Shown piece by piece: positions 26,130-35,748 of a stretch of DNA of 64,000 nt. The stretch is from an uncultured Phycisphaerales bacterium. Its GTDB lineage: Bacteria > Planctomycetota > Phycisphaerae > Tepidisphaerales > Tepidisphaeraceae. The notes under the pieces were generated by a model, which made no database searches, was not told where the DNA came from, and worked only from the letters and a program-made list of their open reading frames with translations. Numbering within the stretch: position 1 is the first letter of the stretch; the number at the start of each line of letters is the position of its first letter. Location: the NCBI GenBank assembly GCA_963758525.1, contig CAVWVQ010000001.1, positions 62,502 through 126,501 on the forward strand, given 5' to 3'. A program made the position numbers and the translations under genes.

Positions 26130-27413
26130 ATGAGCAATGAGCGCGGCTCCATTTTGTATCAGACCGGCCGGCACGAGGCGGCGGAACAGGAATTCCGCGC
26201 CGCGTTGGCGCAGGACTCATCCAATGCGCTGTCGCACGCGATGCTCGGGCTCTGCCTCGCCCGGCGCGAGGCCTACGACGAGGCGACCGCCGAAGCGCAA
26301 GAGGCGATCCGGCTGCGTCCGGACTGGCATTTCGGATATTCAACCCTGGCTCACGTTCTGCTCGATCGCGAGCGCCTCAAGCCAGCCGCCGAGGCGATCG
26401 TCAAGGCCATCGAGATCGATTCGTTCAATGCCGGCTATCACGGATTGCTGGCGACGATTCGCCTGCAGCAGCGGCTGTGGCTGGCGGCGCTGGCGGCCGC
26501 CGACGCGGGGTTGCAGATCGATCCGGAAAACCAGTTCTGCCTGAACGCGCGGGCGCAGGCCCTGGTGAAGCTGGGTCGCAGCGACGAAGCGAGCCTGACG
26601 ATTGACGGCGCATTGCGGAAGGATCCCGAAAACGCCGTGACGCATGCCAACCAGGGGTGGGCGCTGCTGCATGCCGGCAAACACCGCGAAGCGATCGTTC
26701 ACTTTCGCGAGGCGTTGCGGCTCAAGCCGGAAATGGAGTGGGCCAAGGCCGGGCTGGTCGAGTCTCTCAAGGCGCGCAATATCATTTACCGGCTGATGCT
26801 CAAGTATTTCCTTTTCATGTCGCGCCTGCGCGGAAGAGCGCAATGGGCGATCATCGTCGGCGGATACGTCGGCTATCAGATCCTGGTGGCGGTCAAAGAC
26901 GCGCATCCGGAACTGAGAGTGCTGCTTCTGCCGCTGATCATCGCCTACGCGGTCTTTGCGATCATGACCTGGATTGCCCGGCCGTTGTTTGATCTGATGC
27001 TGCGCCTCCACCCCTACGGACGCTATGCACTCTCGCGCGATCAGACGATGGGCGCCAATTTGGTCGGCGGAACAATCGCTGTCGCTCTGGCGATCGCGAC
27101 CGCGGGGTTGGCGCGGCACGACAGCAATCTGCTCACCTCGGCGGTGCTTTGCGGAATGTTGCTGCTGCCGATCTCCACCATTTACTCCAGGCCCTCCGGC
27201 TGGCCGAGGCAGGCGATGACGCTCTACTGCGGCGCCCTCGCGTTCGTCGGCGTCGCGATAGCCGTCGCCGGTTGGCGCCTCCATCGCGCGGGGCTCCCCG
27301 CCAGCGATTTTCTGTTCAACATGCGCCAGCAACTGATCACGCTGTTTCTGTTCGGCGTTTTCCTCAACGGGTGGGTCGCCAACGCGCTGACGGCCGTTCG
27401 CGTGAAGAAGTAG
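26130..27413 (+). CDS. TPR-repeat protein with C-terminal polytopic membrane domain
   Basis: About 215 aa of TPR helices (...GRHEAAEQEFRAALAQD..., ...HREAIVHFREALRLKPE...) are followed by 5-6 hydrophobic segments. It starts 8 nt after the TPR-AAA gene. Confidence 0.65.
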   Translation: MSNERGSILYQTGRHEAAEQEFRAALAQDSSNALSHAMLGLCLARREAYDEATAEAQEAIRLRPDWHFGYSTLAHVLLDRERLKPAAEAIVKAIEIDSFNAGYHGLLATIRLQQRLWLAALAAADAGLQIDPENQFCLNARAQALVKLGRSDEASLTIDGALRKDPENAVTHANQGWALLHAGKHREAIVHFREALRLKPEMEWAKAGLVESLKARNIIYRLMLKYFLFMSRLRGRAQWAIIVGGYVGYQILVAVKDAHPELRVLLLPLIIAYAVFAIMTWIARPLFDLMLRLHPYGRYALSRDQTMGANLVGGTIAVALAIATAGLARHDSNLLTSAVLCGMLLLPISTIYSRPSGWPRQAMTLYCGALAFVGVAIAVAGWRLHRAGLPASDFLFNMRQQLITLFLFGVFLNGWVANALTAVRVKK

Positions 27414-27500
27414 TTCGATGATTCCGTGTTCGCACCGGCAGCTCGATGATCCTATTATTTGGCGGCAGTGACTCCGGATTTCTTTGAATTTCGAGAGAAG

Positions 27501-28934
27501 ATGACGGCGCGGAAGCGCGTCGTCGACAAGCCCTCGGGCGCGTCTGACGCCGGGGCGGCAGGCGCGATGAGCGTCAGCGAGCTGACCGCCCGGATCGACC
27601 GCGTGCTGAGGGAGGGATTTGCTGATGTACTGCTGGTGCGGGGGGAGATCAGTAACTTTTCGCGGAACGCCACTTCGGGGCATCTGTATTTCACGCTGAA
27701 GGATGCTCAATCCTGCCTCGACTGCGTGATGTGGAAATCGGACGCGGCGCGGATGAAATTCGCGCCTGCGGAGGGGATGGAATTGGTTGCGACCGGCCGG
27801 CTGGGAGTGTTCGGGAAGCGGGGCCGCTATCAACTCTACGTGACGTCACTGCGCCCGGTCGGGCAGGGAGCGCTGGAACTGGCGTTTCAACAGATGCGCG
27901 CCAAGCTGGCGGCAGAGGGTCTCTTCGATGCGGATCGCAAGCGCAGCATTCCCGCATATCCGCTGAGCATCGTGCTGGTCACCAGCCGCGAAGGCGCGGC
28001 CCTGGCGGACATCCTGAAAGTCCTCAGACGATTTCCCTGGGTTCGGCTCCGGCTGTACGCGGTGCCGGTGCAGGGAGACGGGGCGGCGGCGCGGATCGCG
28101 GCCGCGCTGCATCACCTGAGCAGGACGCTTGAGCGAGGTGGCGGCGACGTGGTGCTGCTGGCACGGGGCGGAGGATCCCTGGAAGACCTGTGGGCGTTCA
28201 ACGAAGAGGCGGTCGCGCGAGCGATTGCCGCCTGCCCGGTGCCGGTCATTACCGGGATCGGGCACGAGGTGGACGTTTCCATTGCGGATCTGGTCGCGGA
28301 CTATCATGCGCACACGCCGACCGAGGCCGCCCAGGTCATCTCGACCAAATGGCGCGACGTCCACGAGGTTCTGGATACGGATGCGCTGCGGCTCAATCGC
28401 GCGCTGAAGATGCGAGTGCAGGAGGCGCGGCAGTTCCTTGCCGGGGTGGAGCGCCATGAATTTTTCCGCCGGCCGTTTGAGCAGATCAATTTCCGACGGC
28501 AGCTTCTCGATGACCGCCAGCGGGGGGTGACGATTGCGCTGCAAAATCGGCTGCGTCTGGCGGAACAGCGACTCGGCGCGGCTGCGGCGCGTCTTTCCGC
28601 GCGACATCCGCGCGTTGTGCTGGAGCTTGGGCAGCAGCGCGCCAATGGGCTGTCAGCGCGGCTGGCGCGGAGCCAGGGATCGCTGTTCGCGCACTGGAAG
28701 GAGCGAATCAGCGCGACCGCAGCGCGATTGAATGCACTGAGCCCCCGCGCCGTTCTGGCGCGCGGCTACTCGATGACAACCCGCGCGGATGGAACCTTGA
28801 TTCGTTCGACCTCAGAAGTGCGGCAGGGGGATCGGCTGCTGACCCGGCTGGTGGACGGGGTCGTCAAATCGGTTGCGCAGAATTCAGCTCAGATGGAACT
28901 GTTTGAGCCGACGGCGGGCGGAGAATCTCGGTAG
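27501..28934 (+). CDS. xseA: Exodeoxyribonuclease VII large subunit
   Basis: ...MSVSELTARIDRVLREGFADVLLVRGEISNFSRNATSGHLYFTLKD... (OB fold), ...IVLVTSREGAALADIL... and ...LARGGGSLEDLWAFNEE.... ATG 27501 is preferred over the TTG at 27459. Confidence 0.85.
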   Translation: MTARKRVVDKPSGASDAGAAGAMSVSELTARIDRVLREGFADVLLVRGEISNFSRNATSGHLYFTLKDAQSCLDCVMWKSDAARMKFAPAEGMELVATGRLGVFGKRGRYQLYVTSLRPVGQGALELAFQQMRAKLAAEGLFDADRKRSIPAYPLSIVLVTSREGAALADILKVLRRFPWVRLRLYAVPVQGDGAAARIAAALHHLSRTLERGGGDVVLLARGGGSLEDLWAFNEEAVARAIAACPVPVITGIGHEVDVSIADLVADYHAHTPTEAAQVISTKWRDVHEVLDTDALRLNRALKMRVQEARQFLAGVERHEFFRRPFEQINFRRQLLDDRQRGVTIALQNRLRLAEQRLGAAAARLSARHPRVVLELGQQRANGLSARLARSQGSLFAHWKERISATAARLNALSPRAVLARGYSMTTRADGTLIRSTSEVRQGDRLLTRLVDGVVKSVAQNSAQMELFEPTAGGESR

Positions 28935-29000
28935 TAGGGGGCCGCACATGGATCACTTGCTCCAATAAGTGCGAAGCCAGCGGAGAGCAATTCTCCCTTG

Positions 29001-29075
29001 CAGCCCGGCCGTCCCGGCTGTGTTTCCGGGCCAGATGGCTATGAATTGGGCCACAGCCGAGACGGCTGTGCCACG
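29001..29075. repeat. Paired-inverted palindromic element, family D (copy 2 of 2)
   Basis: CCCGGCCGTCCCGGCTGTG, a spacer, then CACAGCCGAGACGGCTGTGCC. It shares both half-sites with 12441..12497. Confidence 0.8.
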
Positions 29076-29139
29076 TAATGCGTTACTTGTGACTTTGAAA
29101 TTGATCGAGCTGTTCGTGCGCGAGCATGAAGCTGGCGCT

Positions 29140-30123
29140 TTAGACGAACGCGCAAGCGCGGTCGCCGTCCTGTTCAGAAGAGTGCTGACCGCCGGGAAGA
29201 GAGCTTGCTCCGCCGCCCACGCCTCCCGCAGGTTCGCGGCTGGCTTCGCGGCGAATCTGCTTCTGGATGTGCTCGAGCTTGCGGCCGACCATTCCCATCG
29301 AATCGGGACGCTTCATCGGCGCGGTCCGAACGCAGTTCATGACCAGATCCGAAAGCGACACCGGCACACCTGGGTTCAGTTCCCGCGGCGATGGGATTGC
29401 CTCGTCCAGGAGAAAGCTGTTCTCCTTTTTGCCAACCCGAAAGAGCGTTGGAATATTCTTGCCGGTCAGCGCCCAGTAAAGCGTCGCTCCGAAGTTGAAG
29501 ACGTCGGTTCGATTCGTGACAGGCCCGCGCTCGACCTGCTCGGGAGCGATGTAATCGGGCGTTCCCTGCACGCGCTCTTTAACGAGCCCGATTTTACAGG
29601 TCTGGCCCAGATCGATCACTTTCACATTGCCCTCGGCCGAGCGGAGAATATTGTTGGGCTTCAGATCGCAGTGAACGTAGCCGGCGGCGTTGAGCGCCTC
29701 CATGGCATGCGCGACTTTGATGAAGCAGTCGAGCGTCGAGTCCAGCGAGGAGGTCGGGCGCATTTCCAGCGATTGACCGTCAAACAGCTCCAGGATGAGA
29801 GCCGCTTCGGTCGGTTTGCGAAAAAGCGTGCGGTTGCTCATTAATTCGATCGAGCGGCGCAGTCCGGGATGCACCACGGCCCGCCCGATTTCGAATTCCG
29901 CGTCGAGCTGGGCGAAAAAGCGATCAGACTTGTCATTTGTCCGCACGACATGCTTCAGAGCGTAGATCTGGCGCGTCTTGGGATCACTGACGGCGTAGAT
30001 CTCGCTTGCGGCGCCGGTCCCCAGGTGCGCAAGAACCTCATATCCAAATAAGACAGCCGGCAATGGCGGCTGTGTCAGCGTCGTCTTAACGGCGGAGTAG
30101 CCCATTTTCCTTCCCACATCCAT
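29140..30123 (-). CDS. Ser/Thr protein kinase (Hanks type), short single-domain form
   Basis: ...LGTGAASEIYAV...IYALKHV..., catalytic loop YVHCDLKPNNIL, ...VIDLGQ... and ...GTPDYIAPEQ.... Confidence 0.85.
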   Translation of the reverse strand: MDVGRKMGYSAVKTTLTQPPLPAVLFGYEVLAHLGTGAASEIYAVSDPKTRQIYALKHVVRTNDKSDRFFAQLDAEFEIGRAVVHPGLRRSIELMSNRTLFRKPTEAALILELFDGQSLEMRPTSSLDSTLDCFIKVAHAMEALNAAGYVHCDLKPNNILRSAEGNVKVIDLGQTCKIGLVKERVQGTPDYIAPEQVERGPVTNRTDVFNFGATLYWALTGKNIPTLFRVGKKENSFLLDEAIPSPRELNPGVPVSLSDLVMNCVRTAPMKRPDSMGMVGRKLEHIQKQIRREASREPAGGVGGGASSLPGGQHSSEQDGDRACAFV

Positions 30124-30223
30124 TCAGAGCGGAACCAGCCGAATACACAGACCGAAGCACGCTCTGCCATACATACGCACGGACGGGGCAAATATTCGCG
30201 TAACAAGTCAAAATTTGAGGTGA

Positions 30224-30264
30224 CAACAAAAAATGGCGGGGCCAATGGCATCCATTGGCCCCGC
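30224..30264 (-). terminator. Rho-independent terminator after atpA
   Basis: On the minus strand, GCGGGGCCAATGG-ATG-CCATTGGCCCCGC forms a 13-bp perfect stem (30236..30264) and is followed by CATTTTTTGTTG. It lies about 40 nt downstream of the repaired atpA stop. Confidence 0.85.
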
Positions 30265-30301
30265 GCAAACAGCTATAAATTCCGACGTTGGAAGCGGGTG
30301 A

Positions 30302-31811
<1,510 letters not shown>

Positions 31812-31863
31812 TCAATTCTCCGGACGTTGAAAGTTGCTTCTGTGTAATTCCGTAACAAGACGC

Positions 31864-32421
31864 CTACCTGGGAGCGGCGGCGAACAGTTTCTCCTCGATT
31901 GCCTTGAGCTGATAACGGACGCTCGCGTCGATCATCTGGTCCTTCACCCGCAGAATCATTCCGCCGATGATCGCGTCGTCGACCTTCTGATGGACGAAGG
32001 CGTATTTCCCCATCGCGCTTCCGATCTGCTGACGGACGCGTTCGAGATCTTCATCGCTCAGACGCTGCGCCACGGTCAATTCGACCTCGACGTTCCCGAT
32101 TTTCTCATCCAGCAGGTCGCGATATGCCGCGGCAATCTCCGCGAGATGGCTCAATCGCCCGTGCCGGTCGAGCACGCGCAGGAAGTCCATCACCAGCGGG
32201 GACGCGGTACTGGCAAAAATATGTTCCAGCGTCGCGGTCCGCTGCGAACGCTTGATCGCCGGGTCGGAGAGGAACGCGCCGAAAGCGGGGTCGGAATCGA
32301 GCACCTGCCGGATCGCGGCCAATTCGTCGCCGACGGGCTGCGCCACGTTCTGCTCGGCGGCAAGTTCCATCATCGCCCGCGCGTAGGAGATCGAGATGGC
32401 AGTGGGCTGACTGAGTGCCAT
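31864..32421 (-). CDS. atpH: F1 ATP synthase delta (OSCP) subunit
   Basis: 185 aa. ...SYARAMMELA... at the N-terminus and ...IIGGMILRVKDQMIDASVRYQL... at the C-terminus. Position is between atpF and atpA. Confidence 0.85.
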   Translation of the reverse strand: MALSQPTAISISYARAMMELAAEQNVAQPVGDELAAIRQVLDSDPAFGAFLSDPAIKRSQRTATLEHIFASTASPLVMDFLRVLDRHGRLSHLAEIAAAYRDLLDEKIGNVEVELTVAQRLSDEDLERVRQQIGSAMGKYAFVHQKVDDAIIGGMILRVKDQMIDASVRYQLKAIEEKLFAAAPR

Positions 32422-33005
32422 CAGTTCTTCCCTACTTTCGCGAACTGCTCGATGCTCTGATTGACCAGATCACGCTGATCGTCGGGATTCAGATTCCGCC
32501 GGAGAATTTTCTCGGCGACGCTTGTCGCAAGCTGCGCTGCCTGCTGGTAGATGTCCGAAAGCGCCTGCGTACGGGCGGCCTCGATATCCCGCAGGGCGCG
32601 TTCCTTGATTTCTTCGCCTTCCTGCTGGGCGTTCGTGCGGATCTGCGCCGCCAGACGTTCGCCGTCGGCGGTGGCTTTGGCGAGCACCTCGCGCACCTGC
32701 TCAGCGGCAGTTGCAAGCTGCCCGTTGTAGTCCTTGAGCGTCTGTTCCGCCTTGAGGCGGGCGGTTTCGGCATCGGCAATGTCCTTGCGGATGCGCGACT
32801 CGCGCACTTTGAGACCGGCCAGCACGTTTTTCCATGCGGTGCTGTAGAGGAAGATCGCCAGCACGATGAAAATGAACATGACCCACAGCCCGCCGACAAC
32901 ATTGAGGTCGAGCAGCTCGGCTTTGGGCTCTGCCGTCTCGGCAGCATGCAGGGGGATGGCCAATGCCATCAGCACCGCGTTCATTGCAAAAAACTTCTTG
33001 AGCAT
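32421..33005 (-). CDS. atpF: F0 ATP synthase subunit b
   Basis: A signal/TM segment is followed by a long charged helix (...IRKDIADAETARLKAEQTLKDYNGQLA...). Operon position supports the call. Confidence 0.8.
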   Translation of the reverse strand: MLKKFFAMNAVLMALAIPLHAAETAEPKAELLDLNVVGGLWVMFIFIVLAIFLYSTAWKNVLAGLKVRESRIRKDIADAETARLKAEQTLKDYNGQLATAAEQVREVLAKATADGERLAAQIRTNAQQEGEEIKERALRDIEAARTQALSDIYQQAAQLATSVAEKILRRNLNPDDQRDLVNQSIEQFAKVGKN

Positions 33006-33085
33006 CTTGCCACCTCGTCAGGGACCAGAACGTATCTCACGAATGCGTCCGCCGGGGTTTTATCCCGGCGGACGCGCAATGGTGC

Positions 33086-33355
33086 TTAGACCGCGTGTGC
33101 GAGCACGAACGCGAGAATGATCGCGGTGAAGGTGAAACCTTCAATGAGAGCCGCTGCGATGATCATCTGGGTGCCGATGCGACCCCCGGCTTCGGGCTGG
33201 CGTGCGATGCCTTCCATCGCGGAGCCACCAATTTGGCCGATGCCGCGACCGCCGCCGACAACTGCGATACCCATGCCGATGCCGGCGCCGGCGATGGCAA
33301 GGCCCTTGTCCGAGATCAGAGCGTCGGCCAGGGGGAGTAGGACTGTGGAAACCAT
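33086..33355 (-). CDS. atpE: F0 ATP synthase subunit c
   Basis: An 89-aa hairpin protein from ATG 33355: ...GAGIGMGIAVVGGG...ARQPE...MIIAAALIEGFTF..., with the conserved carboxylate in IEG. Confidence 0.85.
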   Translation of the reverse strand: MVSTVLLPLADALISDKGLAIAGAGIGMGIAVVGGGRGIGQIGGSAMEGIARQPEAGGRIGTQMIIAAALIEGFTFTAIILAFVLAHAV

Positions 33356-33565
33356 GATGCTTCTCCTGCGGGCAAAAGCCCGTGAAATTTCGCGTCGTTG
33401 GGGCCGGATGAAAGTTGCCCTGCGACGCGACATGAATAATGCCGAGCTTGGTGTTTGGGACGCCTGGAGTCGGCTTTCCTGGCGAGGCTCGTTATGTGCT
33501 CACTTTTCCTGTTGAATCGCGCTTCTGCACCTCGCTTAGCGGCTGCCGCGAGGGCAGCGCTGGTT

Positions 33566-34675
33566 TCAATGCTCCGGCGCCACTGCGCTCGCGAGGAACA
33601 GCGTGGTCAAAAATGTGAAAATGTATGCCTGCAGAAACGCGACGAAAATTTCCAGCAGTTGAATGCACAGATCGAGCAGCCCGATCGGCACGCCGACGAC
33701 AAAGTGAAGAATGCCCAGCGGTATCCCGACGATCAGGCTGATGAGCACCGCCAGCAACACGTGTCCGGCAACCATGTTCGCAAACAGTCGAATGCACAGG
33801 GCGAACGGCTTGATGATCGCGCCCAGCAATTCCAGCGCGAGGAGCAGAGCGAACATCGGGAGGTCCGCCGCCCACAGCAGTTTCGATTCGCCCTCTTTGG
33901 GGCGGAAGACATGCGGAGCGAAATTCCAGAGATAGATCGGAACGGCCAGCACGATCGCCAGCACGGGCGACATGATTGTGCCGGATGCCTCCTCGGCATG
34001 CGACTTGGGCGGATGACCGCCGAATTCATCGTCGTGATAATGCGCCGTCGGATTCATTACCGCGCGGAAATCGCCGGGAAGGTCCGCGGCGAGACCTTCG
34101 CCGCGGGCATGCTCCAAATCCTGGGAGGCCTCGTGCGGCGGATGGCCGTCGGAGGTGTGTTCCTCGTGATGGCCGTGTTCATGCCCGTAGGTGCCGTTCA
34201 TCAACTTCTGGGCAATGACATCGATTCCGTGGGCGTGAATGAAGAAAAACGCGCAGATCGCCAGCGCCGCGGTTGTCGGCACGGTGCCCGTCGCGGCGCC
34301 GCCGAGATGTTCGATTTTCCCGCCCGTAATCAGTTCGAAAAACGTGGCAAACGGAATGCATCCCAGGACATTGCAGAACAGAATGAAGAAGAAGACGGTC
34401 CAGAGAAACGGTACGAAGCGGTCGGTGTTCTCCTTGAGCGCCGGGCGAAAAACCTCCAGCCGGAGAAATTCCAGGATCGATTCGAAGAGATTCTTGGCGC
34501 CGGTCGGCGGTCCGCTGTCCGGTTTGGGAAAGAGCTTCGGAAAAATCCAGGCCATCAGCACCGCGGCGACCAATGACATCACCATCGGATTGTTGACGTG
34601 CAGCGGCCCGATGCTGAAGAGGGTGTGCGGAAGGACTTCGTCGAGAGGATCGGATACGCCAAGGAGCATTTGCAT
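33566..34675 (-). CDS. atpB: F0 ATP synthase subunit a, with a long His-rich insertion
   Basis: Conserved ...ALCIRLFANMVAGHVLL... (essential Arg) and ...LEIFVAFLQAYIFTFL.... At 369 aa it is longer than usual because of a His/acidic segment at about aa 157-233. Confidence 0.85.
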   Translation of the reverse strand: MQMLLGVSDPLDEVLPHTLFSIGPLHVNNPMVMSLVAAVLMAWIFPKLFPKPDSGPPTGAKNLFESILEFLRLEVFRPALKENTDRFVPFLWTVFFFILFCNVLGCIPFATFFELITGGKIEHLGGAATGTVPTTAALAICAFFFIHAHGIDVIAQKLMNGTYGHEHGHHEEHTSDGHPPHEASQDLEHARGEGLAADLPGDFRAVMNPTAHYHDDEFGGHPPKSHAEEASGTIMSPVLAIVLAVPIYLWNFAPHVFRPKEGESKLLWAADLPMFALLLALELLGAIIKPFALCIRLFANMVAGHVLLAVLISLIVGIPLGILHFVVGVPIGLLDLCIQLLEIFVAFLQAYIFTFLTTLFLASAVAPEH

Positions 34676-34690
34676 GATTGCTGATGCCTT

Positions 34691-35086
34691 CTAATGCGAA
34701 AGTGATTCCATCGTCCCGGCCGGCGTCCGCAGCCTGCTCACAAACACGCCGCTTGTTGCAAACAGTGTTATCCAATACAGGGCCAGCATCCAGTAGACAA
34801 ACGCGTCGGCCGGCCGCAGCAGCAGAATAATCGCGCACGCTCCGGCAAGTGAAACCGCCAGGTGCAGAATCGAACCCAGAAATGCGGCCTGAAATCTCGA
34901 CGCATGACCAGGGTGGGAAAGACGAAGGATCGGAGTAATTCCAAGCATCGCCGCCAGCGTGGCAAGGGTCGCGGCCATGAGCAATTCGTGCGAATGAGGG
35001 TTCACCCCGACCGCGCGGCAGACCCCCGCTCCGGTCGCCGCAGCAACAATCACCACCAACGGACTGAGCAGCATCGAACGGAGCAC
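34691..35086 (-). CDS. Small 4-TM protein in the AtpI position of the atp operon
   Basis: 131 aa with four hydrophobic segments, immediately upstream of atpB. Assigned by position and topology only. Confidence 0.5.
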   Translation of the reverse strand: MLRSMLLSPLVVIVAAATGAGVCRAVGVNPHSHELLMAATLATLAAMLGITPILRLSHPGHASRFQAAFLGSILHLAVSLAGACAIILLLRPADAFVYWMLALYWITLFATSGVFVSRLRTPAGTMESLSH

Positions 35087-35092
35087 CGCGAT

Positions 35093-35302
35093 TCAATCCT
35101 TATTCATCCGGCTCACATCCCTGATGAGCAGGTACATGCCTGCCGCACATCCAATGAGCAGACCGATGAGCGTTCCCCAGGGACTTGATCCATGATGTCG
35201 ATCCCACCAGGCGCCGACCACGGCTCCCAGTCCGGTTCCCACGGCAACCTCAAAGCCGTAGGACAACCCTTTACCCCATCCGCCCTGGTCATCGCCAGCC
35301 AT
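35093..35302 (-). CDS. AtpZ/ATPase_gene1-like small membrane protein
   Basis: 69 aa: ...GLSYGFEVAVGTGLGAVVGAWWDRHHGSSPWGTLIGLLIGCAAGMYLLI.... This is a two-TM pattern typical of AtpZ, and it is the first gene of the atp block. Confidence 0.6.
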   Translation of the reverse strand: MAGDDQGGWGKGLSYGFEVAVGTGLGAVVGAWWDRHHGSSPWGTLIGLLIGCAAGMYLLIRDVSRMNKD

Positions 35303-35506
35303 TCAGGCTCCCACTGTCGCGACACTTGTCAGTGGCGCGGCGCGAAAGACTTTGGTGATTTTCCAGAGCATCCATCCGGGCGCGGACAACTTAGTGAGAA
35401 TGCCAACCAAGGTCAAGACGGGGGACAATGGACGCATGGGTTCAATGCACTGCGGACTGGATGAACAGTCCGGCGGGGCAGCGGTCTTTTTCCCCCACGG
35501 GAAAAG

Positions 35507-35678
35507 GAACCGAGGGTGCAAGCACCGCTCGGCGTTCAATCTCGGAACCTGCGCGCTCCACTGCGTCAACGTCCCCGAACGCCGAGGGTGCTTGCACATT
35601 TGGGCGATCGAACTGGAGACGTGGGCGGGATCTGCGTCAACGTCCCCGAACGCCGAGGGTGCTTGCACCCTCGGTTCC
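35507..35678. repeat. Family F: 37-bp perfect direct repeat pair plus an inverted half-copy
   Basis: CTGCGTCAACGTCCCCGAACGCCGAGGGTGCTTGCAC occurs at 35561..35597 and 35632..35668. An inverted core GAACCGAGGGTGCAAGCACCGCTCGGCGTTC lies at 35507..35537. The core CCGAGGGTGC-TT-GCACCCTCGG is a 10-bp hairpin. Confidence 0.9.
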
Positions 35679-35736
35679 GAAAGGTTCCCAAACGCGATTT
35701 CGTAACGAAAAATTCCCTGACAAAGCACTCGTAGCT

Positions 35737-35742
35737 TATAAT
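35737..35742 (+). promoter_or_regulatory. Possible -10 box (TATAAT) implying a leaderless FHA-gene transcript
   Basis: A perfect TATAAT sits 6 nt upstream of ATG 35749. There is no Shine-Dalgarno sequence and no good -35 box (CTGACA at only 14-nt spacing). Confidence 0.25.
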
Positions 35743-35748
35743 CCATCC

